DNA from: Marsupella aquatica
Taxonomy: Eukaryota > Plantae > Marchantiophyta
Reading direction: 5' to 3'
Assembly (NCBI GenBank): GCA_973895155.1
Contig: OZ316893.1
Coordinates: 16,956,645 to 17,020,644, forward strand
Length of the DNA: 64,000 nt
Part shown: one piece after another, positions 37,902 through 51,632 of the stretch
Layout of the letters: the number at the start of each line of letters is the position of its first letter
Position numbering within the stretch: position 1 is the stretch's first letter
The notes under the pieces: model-generated
The model's input: only the letters and a program-made list of their open reading frames with translations
The model's database searches: none
What the model was told of the DNA's origin: nothing
Program-made: the position numbers and the translations under genes

Positions 37902-40900
37902 TGTTATAACCCATAATATGACTTAACCCTAGTATAGGATAGGTTAACATTAACCCAACCATGTTAACCCTTCTGGACTATATAAGTCCTTGGCATAATG
38001 GAAGTGAGTGGGGATTATTGACTACTATCATCTTGTGTATTCATAACACGTTATCAGCGCGACTTGCTCAATTACATTTTTTTTACATGTGCTCCCTCCC
38101 CAAAATCTGACAACTCAATAGATCGAGGTCCACACAAAGAAAACAACACAATGTTGTGTGTTTTTTGCTCTAATGGCGAGAATAACCGCCTAACTACCTC
38201 CCGAGAATAGAGAAAACAAGCTTATGATCGAAGAACAAAGAACTGGCCATAGAGCGTCAAGCCTAATCACGAGCGAAGATTCTCAACCTTGAACGAAGGA
38301 GACAACGCGACGAGACACGAAAAACAAAATAAAAGACATTGGCGAAAACTGAAAACTTTGAGGACCGCACACAAGGACATACGAACGAACTCCATCGGGG
38401 ACAATTTGGATGCGATTCAAGGGGCAGATGAGTCCCGTGCCTTGAGCGAAAGGATCGCTATCGTTTCTCTTTTTTTTGGTTAACTTGATCCATCACAACA
38501 GCCGATCGATCGGGCGGGACAAGGCGAAAGTCATAGGCATTTGATACAAAGGAACACCATATATTTATAAGGCCCAAAATCAGGCGAAATAGACATGGCG
38601 ACATTGGAGAAGTTACATTTCCCAGCCCTACTAGTAGACGGTAGCAACTACTTGACATGGGCCGTAGATGCGGAAACATACTTCGCATCGTTGGAGCTTG
38701 AAGATACATTAATCACAGACCAAAATCTGACTCTACAACAGAAGGCCAAGGCCGTGTTCCTTTTGCGCCAGCACTTGGTTCCCTCACTAAAATCCCAATA
38801 CATGAACGAAGTCAATCCACGACTCCTGTGGGACAAGTTAAAGGCCCGATTCGACCATATGCGCGAAATATGGCTTCCTGAGGCTCGCCGCGATTGGTAC
38901 AACCTACGAGTGATGGATCATACTTCCATTGCTAACTACAACAGCGCTCTATTTAAAATTACCTCTCAACTAGAACTCTGCGGCCATCCAGTCCCAGACG
39001 CAGATAAGATCGACAAGACACTGAGTACATTCCCCGAATCAAACATTGCACTCGGTACACAGTACCGAAATATGCAATTCACCACATATTCAGATCTTAT
39101 CGCACATTTACTTGTAGAAGAGAAGCAACAGGTGGTCGCCATGCAAAACGCCCGAAAAAGACCTGCGGGAACAGAACCACCACCACACAAACCAGAGATA
39201 AATTACTATCAGCGAGATAACATGGGACGAGGCCGACCAAGAGGCAGAGGCGGATACCAAGGCAGAGGTAGAAACCAATCCTACAGAGGTCGAGGATATC
39301 GACAATCATACAACACAAGAGGCAGGGGAGTAGGTGGCAGAGGCAGGATGAGTGATAATGCATCGGACAACACCAAAGATGACAGGATGTGCTACCGATG
39401 CGGAAAAATAGGACACCTGAAGAAAAATTGTTGGGCATCGGACCAAACAGCCAGGAAACATACAGAATCAAGAGCTAGACTCAAACAAAACCCAGCAGGG
39501 AACTACATGGAGCTAGAAGAAGCAATAGCCACCTACAAAGACCCCGAACAACCTCATGAAGTGGAGACCCACATAGTAACTCCAGCAAGAGGACCCTACA
39601 CACTACAAGACCCCAATCTGGGCATAATTGACAGCGGTACGTCTCATACAATACTAAAGGACAAGAAATATTTCCACTCAATTACCCCATCAGCCCGGCA
39701 TATGACCACCATTTCAGGCACAAACCAGATTGAGGAGGGTAAAGGCACAGCCACGGTAATATTCCCAGGAGGCACTGCACTCGCCATCGAAGCAGCGATA
39801 TTCGCCCCGCGAGCTACAAGGAACCTCATCAGCTTCCGAGACATAGTCGCAAATAAATATCAACTGCGCACAGTGAAAACAGACGAGGAAGATACCCTCC
39901 AAATCGTGGAGGTTACCGAACAAGGTATACATATTAAAGAAACCTTACCCCTTATACCACCAGGCCTCTACGCAACTCAAATTCAAGCTCACTATGTCAC
40001 TGCAGACTTACCTGATATCACATACTTATGGCACTGTCGACTGGGACACCCCGGAGTAAATATGTACCGCAGAATTATTCATGACTCCCGTGGAATCCCC
40101 CAAGGAGTCAACCCATCAACAAAACAAAGGCAATGCCTGGCGTGCTCTCAGGGGAAGCTGATTACACGCCCACAAATACAGAAGACAATCTATGCCATCC
40201 CGAACTTCCTGGAACACCTGAACGCAGATGTATGCGGCCCGATCCACCCACCAAGTGGACCGTTTAAGTATTTCCTGGCCATCATCGACTCTTCGACCAA
40301 ATGGCTGCAAGTATCTCTACTCTCTACACGCAACTTGGTCTTCGCTAGGATACTGGCCAACATTCTAAAGCTTAAAGCACAATTCCCAGAACATCCAATT
40401 CGGAAACTGAGAGTGGATGGTGCAGGGGAATTCACCTCAAAAGCATTCGATGAGTTTTGCTGGGCAGCGGGCATTGACACTGAATACTCAGTCCCATATG
40501 TCCATTTCCAAAACGGAATGGCAGAATCCGTTATCAAGCGTATACAGATGATAACCAGACCCCTGTTAATGAATTCAAAGTTACCCCTATCCACATGGGG
40601 ACACGCAGTCCTCCATGCTGCCACACTGCTTCAATACAGACCATCGGCGTTCAACACAAAGACTCCACACCACTTAGCGTTCGGACTACCTCCAGACCTG
40701 TCACACCTGCGGGTATTTGGATGCAAAGTCATGGTCCCAATACTGGGACCCAAGCGTACAAAAATCGGACCTCAAAGACAAGAAGGAATCTACATCAGAA
40801 ATGACTCATCCTCGATCATTCGCTACCTGGAACCGACAATAGCCAATGTGTTTAAGGCCAGACATACAGATTGTCATTTTTACGAAGACACTTTTCCCAC

Positions 40901-43693
40901 CCTAAGCATAGACAAACAAATGACAGGGGACTTGCACCCACACCAGATCAACTGGAACAGCAGAAACTTACTCAACCAGGACCCGAGGACGAAACAAACG
41001 GATGCAGAAGTTAGACGATTACTCCACCTCCACGAGATGCTGGATAAGATCCCAGATGCATTTAATGATGCAGCAAATGTTACAAAATCCCACAACGAGG
41101 CAACCAATGTACCAGCCAGAGTACAAATGAATACTCCTCCAGCAACAGTAGCTGCCCCTAAGGCGAAAAGAGGTAGGCCACCAGGATCACATGATACCCG
41201 ACCCCGCCAAAGACGCCCCCATCAGGTAATTCCTGAAACTACTTTTCACTTCATTAATAATGAATCCGAGACACCAGACATATCGGGCAATGAGGAGATG
41301 TCAATTCAGTATAAGCATACAGGACAAATTTACACGAGACAAAACACTACTGTCGACGAACAATTTGCTTACCATATAGCTCAAGAAATAACCAATGATA
41401 CTTCGGACCCTTTAACAATCAAAGAAGCACAAACAAGGTCAGATTGGTCACACTGGAAAGAGGCCATTGACACAGAAATGGATGCACTAATCCGTCGACA
41501 AGTCTTCGGACCAGTCAAACAAGTTGATCCTAACAATGACTATACAGACAGCCGATTTACGTTCATTAAAAAGCGAAATGCAAAAGGTGATGTTATCAGA
41601 TACAGAGCGCGGTTAGTAGCAAAAGGATACACCCAGATCCCAGGCAGGGACTATGATCTAACATATTCACCAGTAATGGACGTGACGACATTCAGGTATT
41701 TAATTGCTTTCTCTCGCAAACACCAGTTATGCAATATCCTTATGGACGTAGTAACGGCATACCTATATGGCGTCTTAGACTCCGAAATTCATATGAAAGC
41801 ACCAAAGGAATTACTCGAAAGAGTGGCAGAACACATTCAGGGGAAGCAATACCCGAACCTGAGCAAGGATATGAAGTCGGGAATTGACCAGATTATCCCT
41901 AATGATGATTGTAAAGGCCTTGTGTTGAGCAGTGGCAACACACAGAAAGCACCACTCCAGTACCCCGGAAAACGAAGGACTGGACAGCAGGCATTTGCTG
42001 TGCAAGTATTGAAATCCATAAACGGCCTGAAACAAAGCGGCCGTATATGGTACCAGAAATTTAAAACCGAAATACAAGCACTCGATTTATTACAGAAGAC
42101 ATAGCGCCCTGTATATTCATCAAAAGAGTAGACACAGAGTTCGTCGTGTTAGCGCTATATGTCAATGACATTAATCTCTTCGGTACACAACGACTATTAC
42201 GACAAACAATCAACACAATGAAGGGCATTTTCGAGATGAAAGAACTGGGAGAACCGACTTACTGCCTCGGCCTTCAGTTCGCTCACCTACAGACAGGCAC
42301 ATTCATTAGCCAGTCTACCTATACAAACAAAATCCTCCAACAATTCAATATGCAAAAGGCATACCCGGTATCAACACCAATGGAGCTGAGATCCTTAGAC
42401 ACTGCGAAGGACATGTTCAGGCAAAGACAGGACAACGAACCAATACTAGATTCAGATAAGCCATACTTATCGGCTATCGGAGCCCTCCTTTACCTGGCCA
42501 ACAACACCCGACCGGATATATCCTTTGCAGTGAGCCTCCTCGCACGACATAGCGCGCACCCGACAATACGCCACTGGAACGGCATAAAACGAGTATTCCG
42601 ATACCTCCAAGGAACAATTGACATGGGACTATTCTTCCCCAACGAAAGCGAGGATGAACTTACAGGATACGCGGACGCTGGATACCTCTCAGACCCCCAA
42701 GATTCAAAGTCGCAGACAGGATACGTCTTCTTGCAGGGTAAAACCGCCATATCTTGGAGAAGCACGAAGCAGAGCCTAACCACAACGTCATCGAATCACG
42801 CCGAAGTAATTGCCCTCTATGAGGCATGCCGCGAAGCGATTTGGCTCCGTAGTATAATCACACATATACTCAAACAGACAGGAAAAACCTTACTCACAAA
42901 TCCAACCACCATCTACGAGGACAATAGGGCATGCGTCGACCAGATAGTTACAGGCTACATGAAGACCGATCGAACCAAGCACATAGACCCGAAATTTTTC
43001 TTTACGCACGAACACAGCGGAAAGCAAATACAAGTAAAGTGGATAAGCTCACAAGACAATTGCGCCGACCTCTTCACCAAGCCGCTACCAGCGACTACAC
43101 ATCGAAAGCACGTCAGTGCCATTGGAATGCATCGTCTCTCCTCCCTAACCTCCTCGACTAACGACAACTCCCGACACGAACACACAGCCAACGCAAAATC
43201 GAAGTAGAACCTCGACAAACTACTAAATCGTAGTATCTAACGAACAGTTTACAGAGAGACACATGTTCCCCCGTCATGAATACAATACTACCCCGACTAG
43301 AGTAACAAATAAACGCTTACTTACTCTTAGCCCACTGGCTTAGACAGTAATAGGCTACTTTTAGACTTAGAGCATACACATTAGAGACTTTCTGAATTAG
43401 GGACCACAAATTGTAATGATGGTAGTACTCTTCCTTGAGAGGAAAGCAACAAGGTTTGATGAGGCTACATCATAAGTGACTCCCACTTTTAAACTAGGGT
43501 TAAATGTGTGGTTCCTTGACACCCCGTCCAAGTAACCAAGGGGAAGTGTTATAACCCATAATATGACTTAACCCTAGTATAGGATAGGTTAACATTAACC
43601 CAACCATGTTAACCCTTCTGGACTATATAAGTCCTTGGCATAATGGAAGTGAGTGGGGATTATTGACTACTATCATCTTGTGTATTCATAACA
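37902..43693 (+). mobile_element. Full-length Ty1/Copia element C (Bianca-like)
   Basis: 147-bp LTRs at 37902-38048 and 43547-43693 (no mismatch seen). TSD CTTAC. PBS CGTTATCAGCGCGA. PPT AAGGGGAAG. Confidence 0.96.
38595..43207 (+). pseudogene. Copia C gag-pol, with one frameshift near 42085-42105 and RT YVND
   Basis: CYRCGKIGHLKKNC, IIDSGTSH, WHCRLGHPG, ADVCGP, RVDGAGEF, YRARLVAKGYTQ, GYADAGY, ADLFTK. Confidence 0.93.
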
Positions 43694-43698
43694 CTTAC

Positions 43699-45304
43699 AA
43701 CCTTTTTGATAATTTGGCTGAACGTAACGGAAGACCACCAGCTGAACAAATTCCAAGGAACTCTCGCTTCATACCTAGGAATGGACCTTCATGGGCTGAT
43801 CAGATGGATGCAGATTTTCAGGATGCAGCTGCCCTTGAAGAGAGATCTCTGGCTTCTTTGCTAGGCGTGGTCGTTGCTCCTCATTCGGGTGCCCACCATG
43901 GATCTAGAGACCACAGGAATGACTTAGTGCAGTCTGAACCTTTACGTGAGCGCAGGGGAGGCAATGCGATGAATAATAGGGGATTGGAGAATAATGTAGA
44001 ACCATATCTCAGCCGCCATCAAGCCCATAGGAATGCGCATGCACCCTTCCATGAACACGATGATTTTTCTGGAGAGGATTCAGAAGGTTGTTTGGATATA
44101 CTGAAGACAATCTCAAACAACTCTAGGGAAGATTGGCCAAATAAACTCCATACTACTTTCAAGTGGTCAATCGATGAGGCTGCTCTTTCAGTTTTGGAAC
44201 TTTACAATTGCACCATGCAGTGTTACATCACTGATCGCACTCCTCTGCTTCCTGTTTTTTGCAATTGGGTTGAAGGCATTTTCATCAGAGATATGGGTTG
44301 GCCGGTATCGCAGATAAAATTTGTGGGCAAGAATTTCTACATGATTTTGTTTGTACACCCGGAGCACAGAGATGCAGCATTAGATCTGGCCTCATTCTTC
44401 ATGGATTGAAAGTACGCACTACCTTCTGTCAATGTGCATAGTGAAACCTATACCAAACTACCTATTTGGATTGAGATCCCTTTTCGTGCTTTAGTTCTTG
44501 AAGGTTGCAGGAAAAGAATTGTTGAATCCCTTGGGAAGCTTTTGTATTATATCCAAGGGACGTACAAAGTTCTTTTCCTCGTGATCGTGCATGGATACTT
44601 TGGGATACCTATCGTGAGATCCCCCAAAGTGTGGGAGTTGAGATCACTAATGATATCACTATCTGGCAGTCGGTCACGTTCAAAAACATTCCTTACCATT
44701 GTTTTAGATGCAATGAACGGGGCCATTTAGCCAGACAGTGCAAAGACTTTGAAGCAAAAGAGAATAAGAATAATGAACCCAAACCAGATAGAGCCTACAA
44801 AGAGGTGGAGGAGACGATTGCATTTGACTGGGTGGCTCCACGGTCCATTGACTCTACTCGTGTTGAGTCTAGGGGGGCCCATTGGGTCCCCCTCCTTGTG
44901 GCCCTAATACGGTGAGTGTTACAGTTGGTGCTGCTGCGGTTGGAGGATCTTCGGCTGCTCGCCCTCCAGGGGCGGTCTCCCCTAATCCTACGGCGGAGAG
45001 AAGTGACTTTAACCCTGGAAATATCATTGCTCTTTCAAGAGGCGGTATTGTTATCAGCCCCATGACACATTTGAATCAAAATCTGGCTTTATCTTTGGCT
45101 GCTGCGTTGATTGAAAAAGCTCACTCTCCCAGCATTGGCACCCCGGTTGGGGATGAGAATTCTTCTCCGACCACCACCATCCTTCCGATTCCCCCGACTA
45201 ATCGATCCAATGAAAACCGTCCTCTTCTTCTCAAAGACAATGCTCTCTTTGAAGACCGTAGACGCATGATGGACTCTCTGACTCTGAGGCTTGGCCAGCT
45301 CTAG
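43699..45304 (+). pseudogene. LINE-2 ORF1 main fragment (starts at ATG 37753)
   Basis: LHTTFKWS, KLPIWIEIPFR and CFRCNERGHLARQC, aligning with LINE-1 ORF1. Confidence 0.8.
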
Positions 45305-47538
45305 GGAGAATATCTTATCCATAGGCATTGAGGAAGCATGGAGAAGCGGAAATTGACATTCAGGATCCTCTTAACATAGTACTGAGCCCCTCCTCTCTGT
45401 TAGATATTGCTCTACTCTTGTGACTCATGAGCTAACCACAATTAGTCTAACTTGGGTTAGGACTTAGCTAATATTAGCGGTAGTGCTGGTGTGCATATAG
45501 CCAGGGCTGATGTCAGACCCTGGTGGAACTTAGGCTCATTGTTACGGAGCTAGTTGAGAGATAGGGAGAGCTTGTGCTATGGATGCTTGGTATGGCCGGT
45601 CGGCCTAGAGCGCACTAAAGCTCTTGTGTGTTCCCGTGGACGTAGCCTCATGTGGAGGTGAACCACGTATCTCTCTGTGTTGACTATTGTGCATTGGATG
45701 GTTCATGGGCTTGCCGTTGCAAATGTCGTCTATGCTCAACAAGTGGTATCAGAGCATGCTTGGGAGGTGACGAGGTTTTTTTGTGACAGGTTTTTCCAGC
45801 GTTCATTGTTGATGGTACATTCAGAGTTTCGTCGCATGAAACTTGAATGTGTGTGGCTGTGCGGATAGGTTAGTGAGAGGGCGTTCTAACGGTGGTTAGA
45901 ACTCGCTGATCGGTATCCGTGGTGCGGAGAAATTGAAATTTGCGTCATTCAGGTTTTATTCGTGTTTAACGGCTTTTCGGGGGAGAGACCAGAGTTCTCA
46001 TTTTTCAACGGTGTGAGCTATGCGATGCGGAAGGGATTGCATTTTATAGCTCAAGTTGATGGTTGAAGCGAGCTGGTCATTTCGGTAGTTGTGTTGCTGC
46101 CGAGTTATTACCGAGTGCGACGTGACGAGTGAAGGAGACATTCAGGTTTTTTCACAAGCTATGGAGCTTGTTCTCATGTGAACCGGGTTTCTCTTCGTGA
46201 CGTCTGACTCGATGGAAGAAATGCGAAGTGCTACGGCTCAACGGTTTGATCACGGCGAGGCGGTCATTTTGAGTCCGGGATTGGTACTTGATGCGGAGTG
46301 AAGGCGTCGCGGCAGAATTTTTTACAGTGCTGGAGTTGCAGACGGCGCCGATGTGATTTGGCAACATATCCCGTCGATAACTCGTTGTTTTCTCATTGGA
46401 AACGGCGGCGAGGTGTGTAACTCGGGGTTTGTTTTGCTTTGGGTGCCAAATTTGTTTTTTAGGTCTTATAGGGGTTTAACCCCTATACTCCCGAAAAAGG
46501 GCCACGCGTGGCTGGTATTTTTCCCCCCCGCCCCCCGCACTTTTTCTCGCACAGCCGGCCGGCGCTTCGGGCCCGCTCGTCGCTCCTTCCCCGCCCCTCC
46601 GGCCTTTTAATTTCCCCCGTAGGGCCTCCTGCTGGCAGCCGGTGCCCCTCCCTTTGCCCTTGATTGCCGGCCGCTGCTTCGCGGTTGTAGTCGCTGGCCC
46701 GGCCCTACTCCCTGCGCGGCAGCATACGCAACCGGCTTGTGCCCGCGTACTCCCATCTTTTTCCTGCCACGACGCCCTGTATTCCCCTTGGCCCACCTTT
46801 TTTTTATATACTTGTATTGTTTTTAAGGGGCTTTGCACCCCCTTAAGGGCCCTATTTTTTACTCTTTTTCCCTTCTTGCTTTGTTCTCCTTGTGCCGGGA
46901 CCTGCCGCCCTCCGTTTTAACTGCTCCGACAAGGGGAACGGCCCCCTGTGAGACCTGTCGGACTATGCAGGAATATTCCTGAAAAACAGAGAGCTGTTTT
47001 TTGGCCGTCCGACAAAGATTATGTCCGCCGAACGGTAACTTTTTTGGTTCTTTTTCAGCGAGGACGTTGCCACTGGAGTTAGCAACGCGGCGCATTGATC
47101 ACATTGCGATTCTGGCGACGGGTTGTACTTGGTATTTTGGTTATTCTCCGAGGTGGTCAAAACGGGGGAGTTTCCCAAGGTTTTACCCACCTCGACCAAA
47201 ATTTGAATAACTTTTCCGTCGAATTTTGATTTTGATTTTGGCTTTCAGTATTGGACTTCTAGCTTTGTGGGCTACGCAGCGGTGTTGAGTTTTGAGTTTT
47301 ATGAGAAGTTTCAAAAAAAGACATTTTTTCATGATTGTTTCATATGAGTGACTCGGAGGATACTGGAAGAATTGGCGTCGGTGGAGCTTTAGGATCGCGA
47401 TGATCAGACAGTGAGTCTGAGGAGGAGCTGCTACTATTTGAGGAGGAACTTGTGACACCGGTAAGATCACCGGTGCGGCGTGTAGTGGAGGAAGCTGTAC
47501 TACTACCAGAGCTGTTAGTAGTGGGGAAGAAGAGGGAG

Positions 47539-50500
47539 ATGGCTAGATTCGGAGGAGTGAAGTTTGAGGTGGAGAAGTACGATGGTCGTACTGATTACTT
47601 GTTGTGGAAGAAGCAAGTGAAGGGTGTTCTACGGGCCATGGGCTTAGCTCATCTGCTTTCATCGCGAGAGCAGTATGATGGAGAGGAGGAGATTTCAGTG
47701 AGGTAGTGGAGACAGGAGCAGGTGATTGCTGTCAATGTAGTGATGCTATATCTCAAGCCGCACATCATCAAGCAGCTGGATGATTATGCGGATTGCGCGT
47801 CACTGTTCAAGGCTCTTAGAGAGAAGTACTACCGGGAAGATGCGTTAGACCGGCTGTACAAGAAGTCTCTCTTGATGAGCCTCAGGCTCAAGGAAGGGAG
47901 CAAGATGCAGGATCACCTGAATGAATTTGACAGTCTAGCGGTGGATCTGTCAAACTCGGGAAAAGGAGTTGAAGATGAGGATAAGGCCTTGCTTTTGCTA
48001 AGCTCCTTACCGCCGTCATATCAGGGCTTGAAACATGTGCTATTGTACAGAGATCTAAAGTCCATTTTGTATAATGAGGTGGTGAGCTCTTTACTGTCTG
48101 ATGATGCTCAAAAGAAGTTGGGTCAATCACAGACAGCATCTTCTTCTGGCACTACGCTCAATGTGAACAGGGGAAGAGCAACGCAGCGCACGAATGGGCA
48201 GAACAGGTTTAGATCTACATCACGGGGGAGATCTAAATCCAGAGGGAAATCGCAAGAGAGAAAGCCTCTTGCATGTTGGAATTGTGGCAAGCCTGGCCAC
48301 ATGAAAAGGGATTGTCGAGTAAAGGTCCCTACTGCCTCTGCTAACGCGGCATCGAGCTCGCATGAGGTAGATTTACTCGATGATGATGACATATTGTGAT
48401 GTCAATGTTATGCTCTCAACGTAGTGTCAAATCCAGGTAGTGATGACTGGATTCTAGATAGTGCATGTACTTTTCACATTTGCTCTAGGAGAGATTTTCC
48501 AGTTCTTACACGTTTTCCAATGGGTCAGTGTTGATGGGAAATGGAATCCCATGTCAAGTTGTTGGACTTGGATCTGTAAGATTTCAGATGTTTGATGGTG
48601 CTGTGAGAACGTTGAGGAATGTGAGACATATTCCCACCATGATGAAAAATCTCATTTCACTTGGAGTTTTTGAAACAAATGGCCATCAGTGGAGTTCTAC
48701 TAATGGTGTCCTTCAGGTTTCAATTGGTACTAAAGTTGTATTGAAGGGAAAGAGACATAGCAATCTATACGTTTTGGAGGGCAGTGTAGTCTGGGATCAA
48801 GCCAATGTAACCTTATCTCATGAGGAGACGGCCCGGTTGTGGCACTTCCGTTTGGGCCACATGAGTGAAAAAGGTTTGGTTATTCTTCAAAAGAAAGGAT
48901 TACTTTCTAATTTGCAATCTTGTAAGTTGGAATTTTGTGAGCACTGTGTGCTAGGGAAGCAGCGCAGGAAACCCTTCGGAGTTAGAACTCACACCAACAA
49001 GGAGGTACTTGAGTATGTACATAGTGATGTGTGGGGTCCAGCCCCTACTCCCTCACATTCTGGACGGTTATACTATGTCACGTTCATAGACGATTACTCA
49101 AGGTATGTGTGGATATACTTTCTACACAATAAGTCTGATGTTTTTGCCACTTTTAAGGAGTGGAAAGCCCAAGTAGAGAATCAGACTGGTAATAGGGTGA
49201 GATATCTTTGATCGGATAACGGCGGTGAATACAGTTCCGGGGAATTTGGAACGTATTGTAAGGAGCAGGGTTTAGGGTTTAGGGTTTAGGGTTTAGGGGA
49301 TTACCCGCCATCTCACAACAAGTTATACTCCTTAGCAGAATGGTGTTTCTGAGAGACTCAACCGAACACTATTGGACTGCTTGAGGAGTACGTTGAGTCA
49401 ATCATGCTTACCACATGAGTTTTGGGCTGAAGCTGTCAACACTGTAGCTTATTTGGTAAATTTTTCTCCATCCAGTTCTATTGGATTCAAGACGCCATTT
49501 GAAATGAGGTACGGGCGTCCAGCAAATTACTCACATCTGAGGATTTTTGGATGTGATGCTTATGTGCTTACACCTTCCTAACTTCGATCCAAGCTGGAGT
49601 CCAAGTCAAAGAAGTGCATTTTCCTTGGCTATCAGAAAGGTGTGAAGGGTTATAGGTTATGGGATCCAGTAACCTGTAAACTAATTATCAGTAGAGATGT
49701 GTCCTTTAATGAGTCCAGATCATCAAAGGAGGGGGAGAGTTCTCAAGACTTCCATACTGACAAGGGAAAATCTCCCATCCCAGACCGGGTTGACGGGGAG
49801 ACTAGTCATGATGCAGTTCATGACAGGAGAGATGGAGAAGCTTTGGGCTTGGAGCTGGTTCCTGTGATGGAACAAGAGGAGTAGATTATTGCTGGGGTAC
49901 CTCAAATTTGACTAGCAGCAGCAGATCAACTTGAGTCATCTACTAGAAGAACTTCCAGTCGTTCTACTAGAGCTCCTACCAGGTATGGTCAATGGGCAGA
50001 CTCATCTAAGCTAGATGATATTGACATTGCACCTGATGAAGATGACATGGCTTTGATCTTGGAAGAAGGAGAGCCTTCTTTGTACAGTGAGGCTTGTGCT
50101 TCAGAGCAGAAGCATGAGTGGAATGCAGCAATGCAGAGGGAGTTGCAATCTTTGAGTGACAACAAGACATGGGAGCTGGTGGAGCTTCCAAGAGGTCAGC
50201 AAGTGGTGGACAGCAAGTGGATTTACAAGTTGAAGGACAGTCCTTCAGAGGGTGGAGATAAGATCTACAAGGCAAGGCTTGTTGCCAAGGGGTTCACTCA
50301 GGAGAAAGGAGTGGACTACAATGAGGTCTTTTCACCGGTGGCTAAGTATTCCACAATACGGATCTTGTGTCAGCTTGTTGTATTTTTTGGTCTGGTGATG
50401 GATCAGATGGATGTTGTTACTGCTTTTCTCTATGGCAACTTGGAAGAGTTGATCTTCATGAGACAGCCACTAGGCTTTATGAAGAAGGGCCAAGAGAACT

Positions 50501-51632
50501 TAGTTTGCAGATTGCTCAAGTCCTTGTATGGATTGAAGCAGTCTCCCAGACAGTGAAACAAGCGGTTTGATGATTTCATGCTTGCTCAAGGTTTTACAAG
50601 GATGGTGTATGATCCTTGTGTGTATACAAAATCAGTCAAGAATGATGTGTTTGGTTTCATCATTCTAGTGATCTATGTGGATGACATGCTGATTGTGGCT
50701 AAAGATCAATCTGAAGTTGACAGTCTCAAGGCAAAATTGAATGTTGAATTCAGGATGAAGGATCTTGGTAAGGCCAAGAGGATCTTAGGGATGGAGATTT
50801 TTAGGAACTCTGACACTAGACAGTTGTGCTTGAATTAGGGCCAGTATGCGAGGAAAGTACTTGCACGATTCAATATGGAAAACTGTAAGCCAGTGAGTAT
50901 TCCTTTAGCTTCACATTTCAAGTTATCATCGGCTTTCTCTCCTACGGATGCTGTGGAGAAAGGTCTGATGGCTAAGATTCCTTATGAGAAGGCAGTAGGC
51001 AGTCTGATGTATTTGATGACTTGTACTAGGCCTAACTTGGCCCTAGCAATGGGCAAGGTTAGTAGATTCATGGGAAGGTACATTGGGAAGCTGTGAAGTG
51101 GATTCTCAGGTATCTGAAGGGAACACAGGACTATGGATTACTATTTGATAACAGATCAAATAGAACGTTAGTTGGCTATGTAGATTCTGACTATGGAGGC
51201 TTTCTGGATACAAGGAGGTCTACAACTGGGTTTGTATACACTCTTGGAGGAGGATGTATCAGTTGGAAATCTACCTTGCAGAAGTGCATTTCTCAGTCTA
51301 CTACAGAAGCACAGTATGTTGCAGCAACGGAAGCAGCAAAGGAAGCAATTTGGTTGGATAAGTTGATCGCGGAGATGGGTTTAGAGCATGGAAAAATGAC
51401 TCTAAACTGTGATAGTTAGAGTGCTCTTCACTTGGCTGCTAACCAGGTGATGGATAGCAGGGTGAAGCACATTGATATCAGGTACCATTTTATCAGGCAA
51501 GCAGTGTCTGATAAAACTTTTGAGCTAGTCAAGATTGATGGAAAGCTCAATCCCACTGATGCCTTTACCAAAGTGATTCCTTTGGAGAGTTTCTCAAGAC
51601 ACCGTGCTACTTTGCAAGTTTTGCAGTTGTAG
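47539..51632 (+). pseudogene. Copia B gag-pol, many stops
   Basis: CWNCGKPGHMKRDC, WILDSACTFH, HSDVWGP, YVDDML, GYVDSDY, KHIDIRYHFIR. Confidence 0.93.
49271..49298 (+). repeat. Interstitial telomeric array (TTTAGGG)4
   Basis: Exact 28-bp insertion in the integrase, absent from the homologous Copia A site. Confidence 0.92.

Noticed and set aside
43606-43698. N-terminus of ORF 43606-44409
   Set aside because: It is chimeric: the first ~30 codons are Copia C LTR. The true LINE ORF1 start is 37753.
45744-45755. tRNA-like sequence TGGTATCAGAGC (also 37393-37404)
   Set aside because: It is a primer-binding site complementary to the initiator tRNA-Met 3' end, not a tRNA gene.
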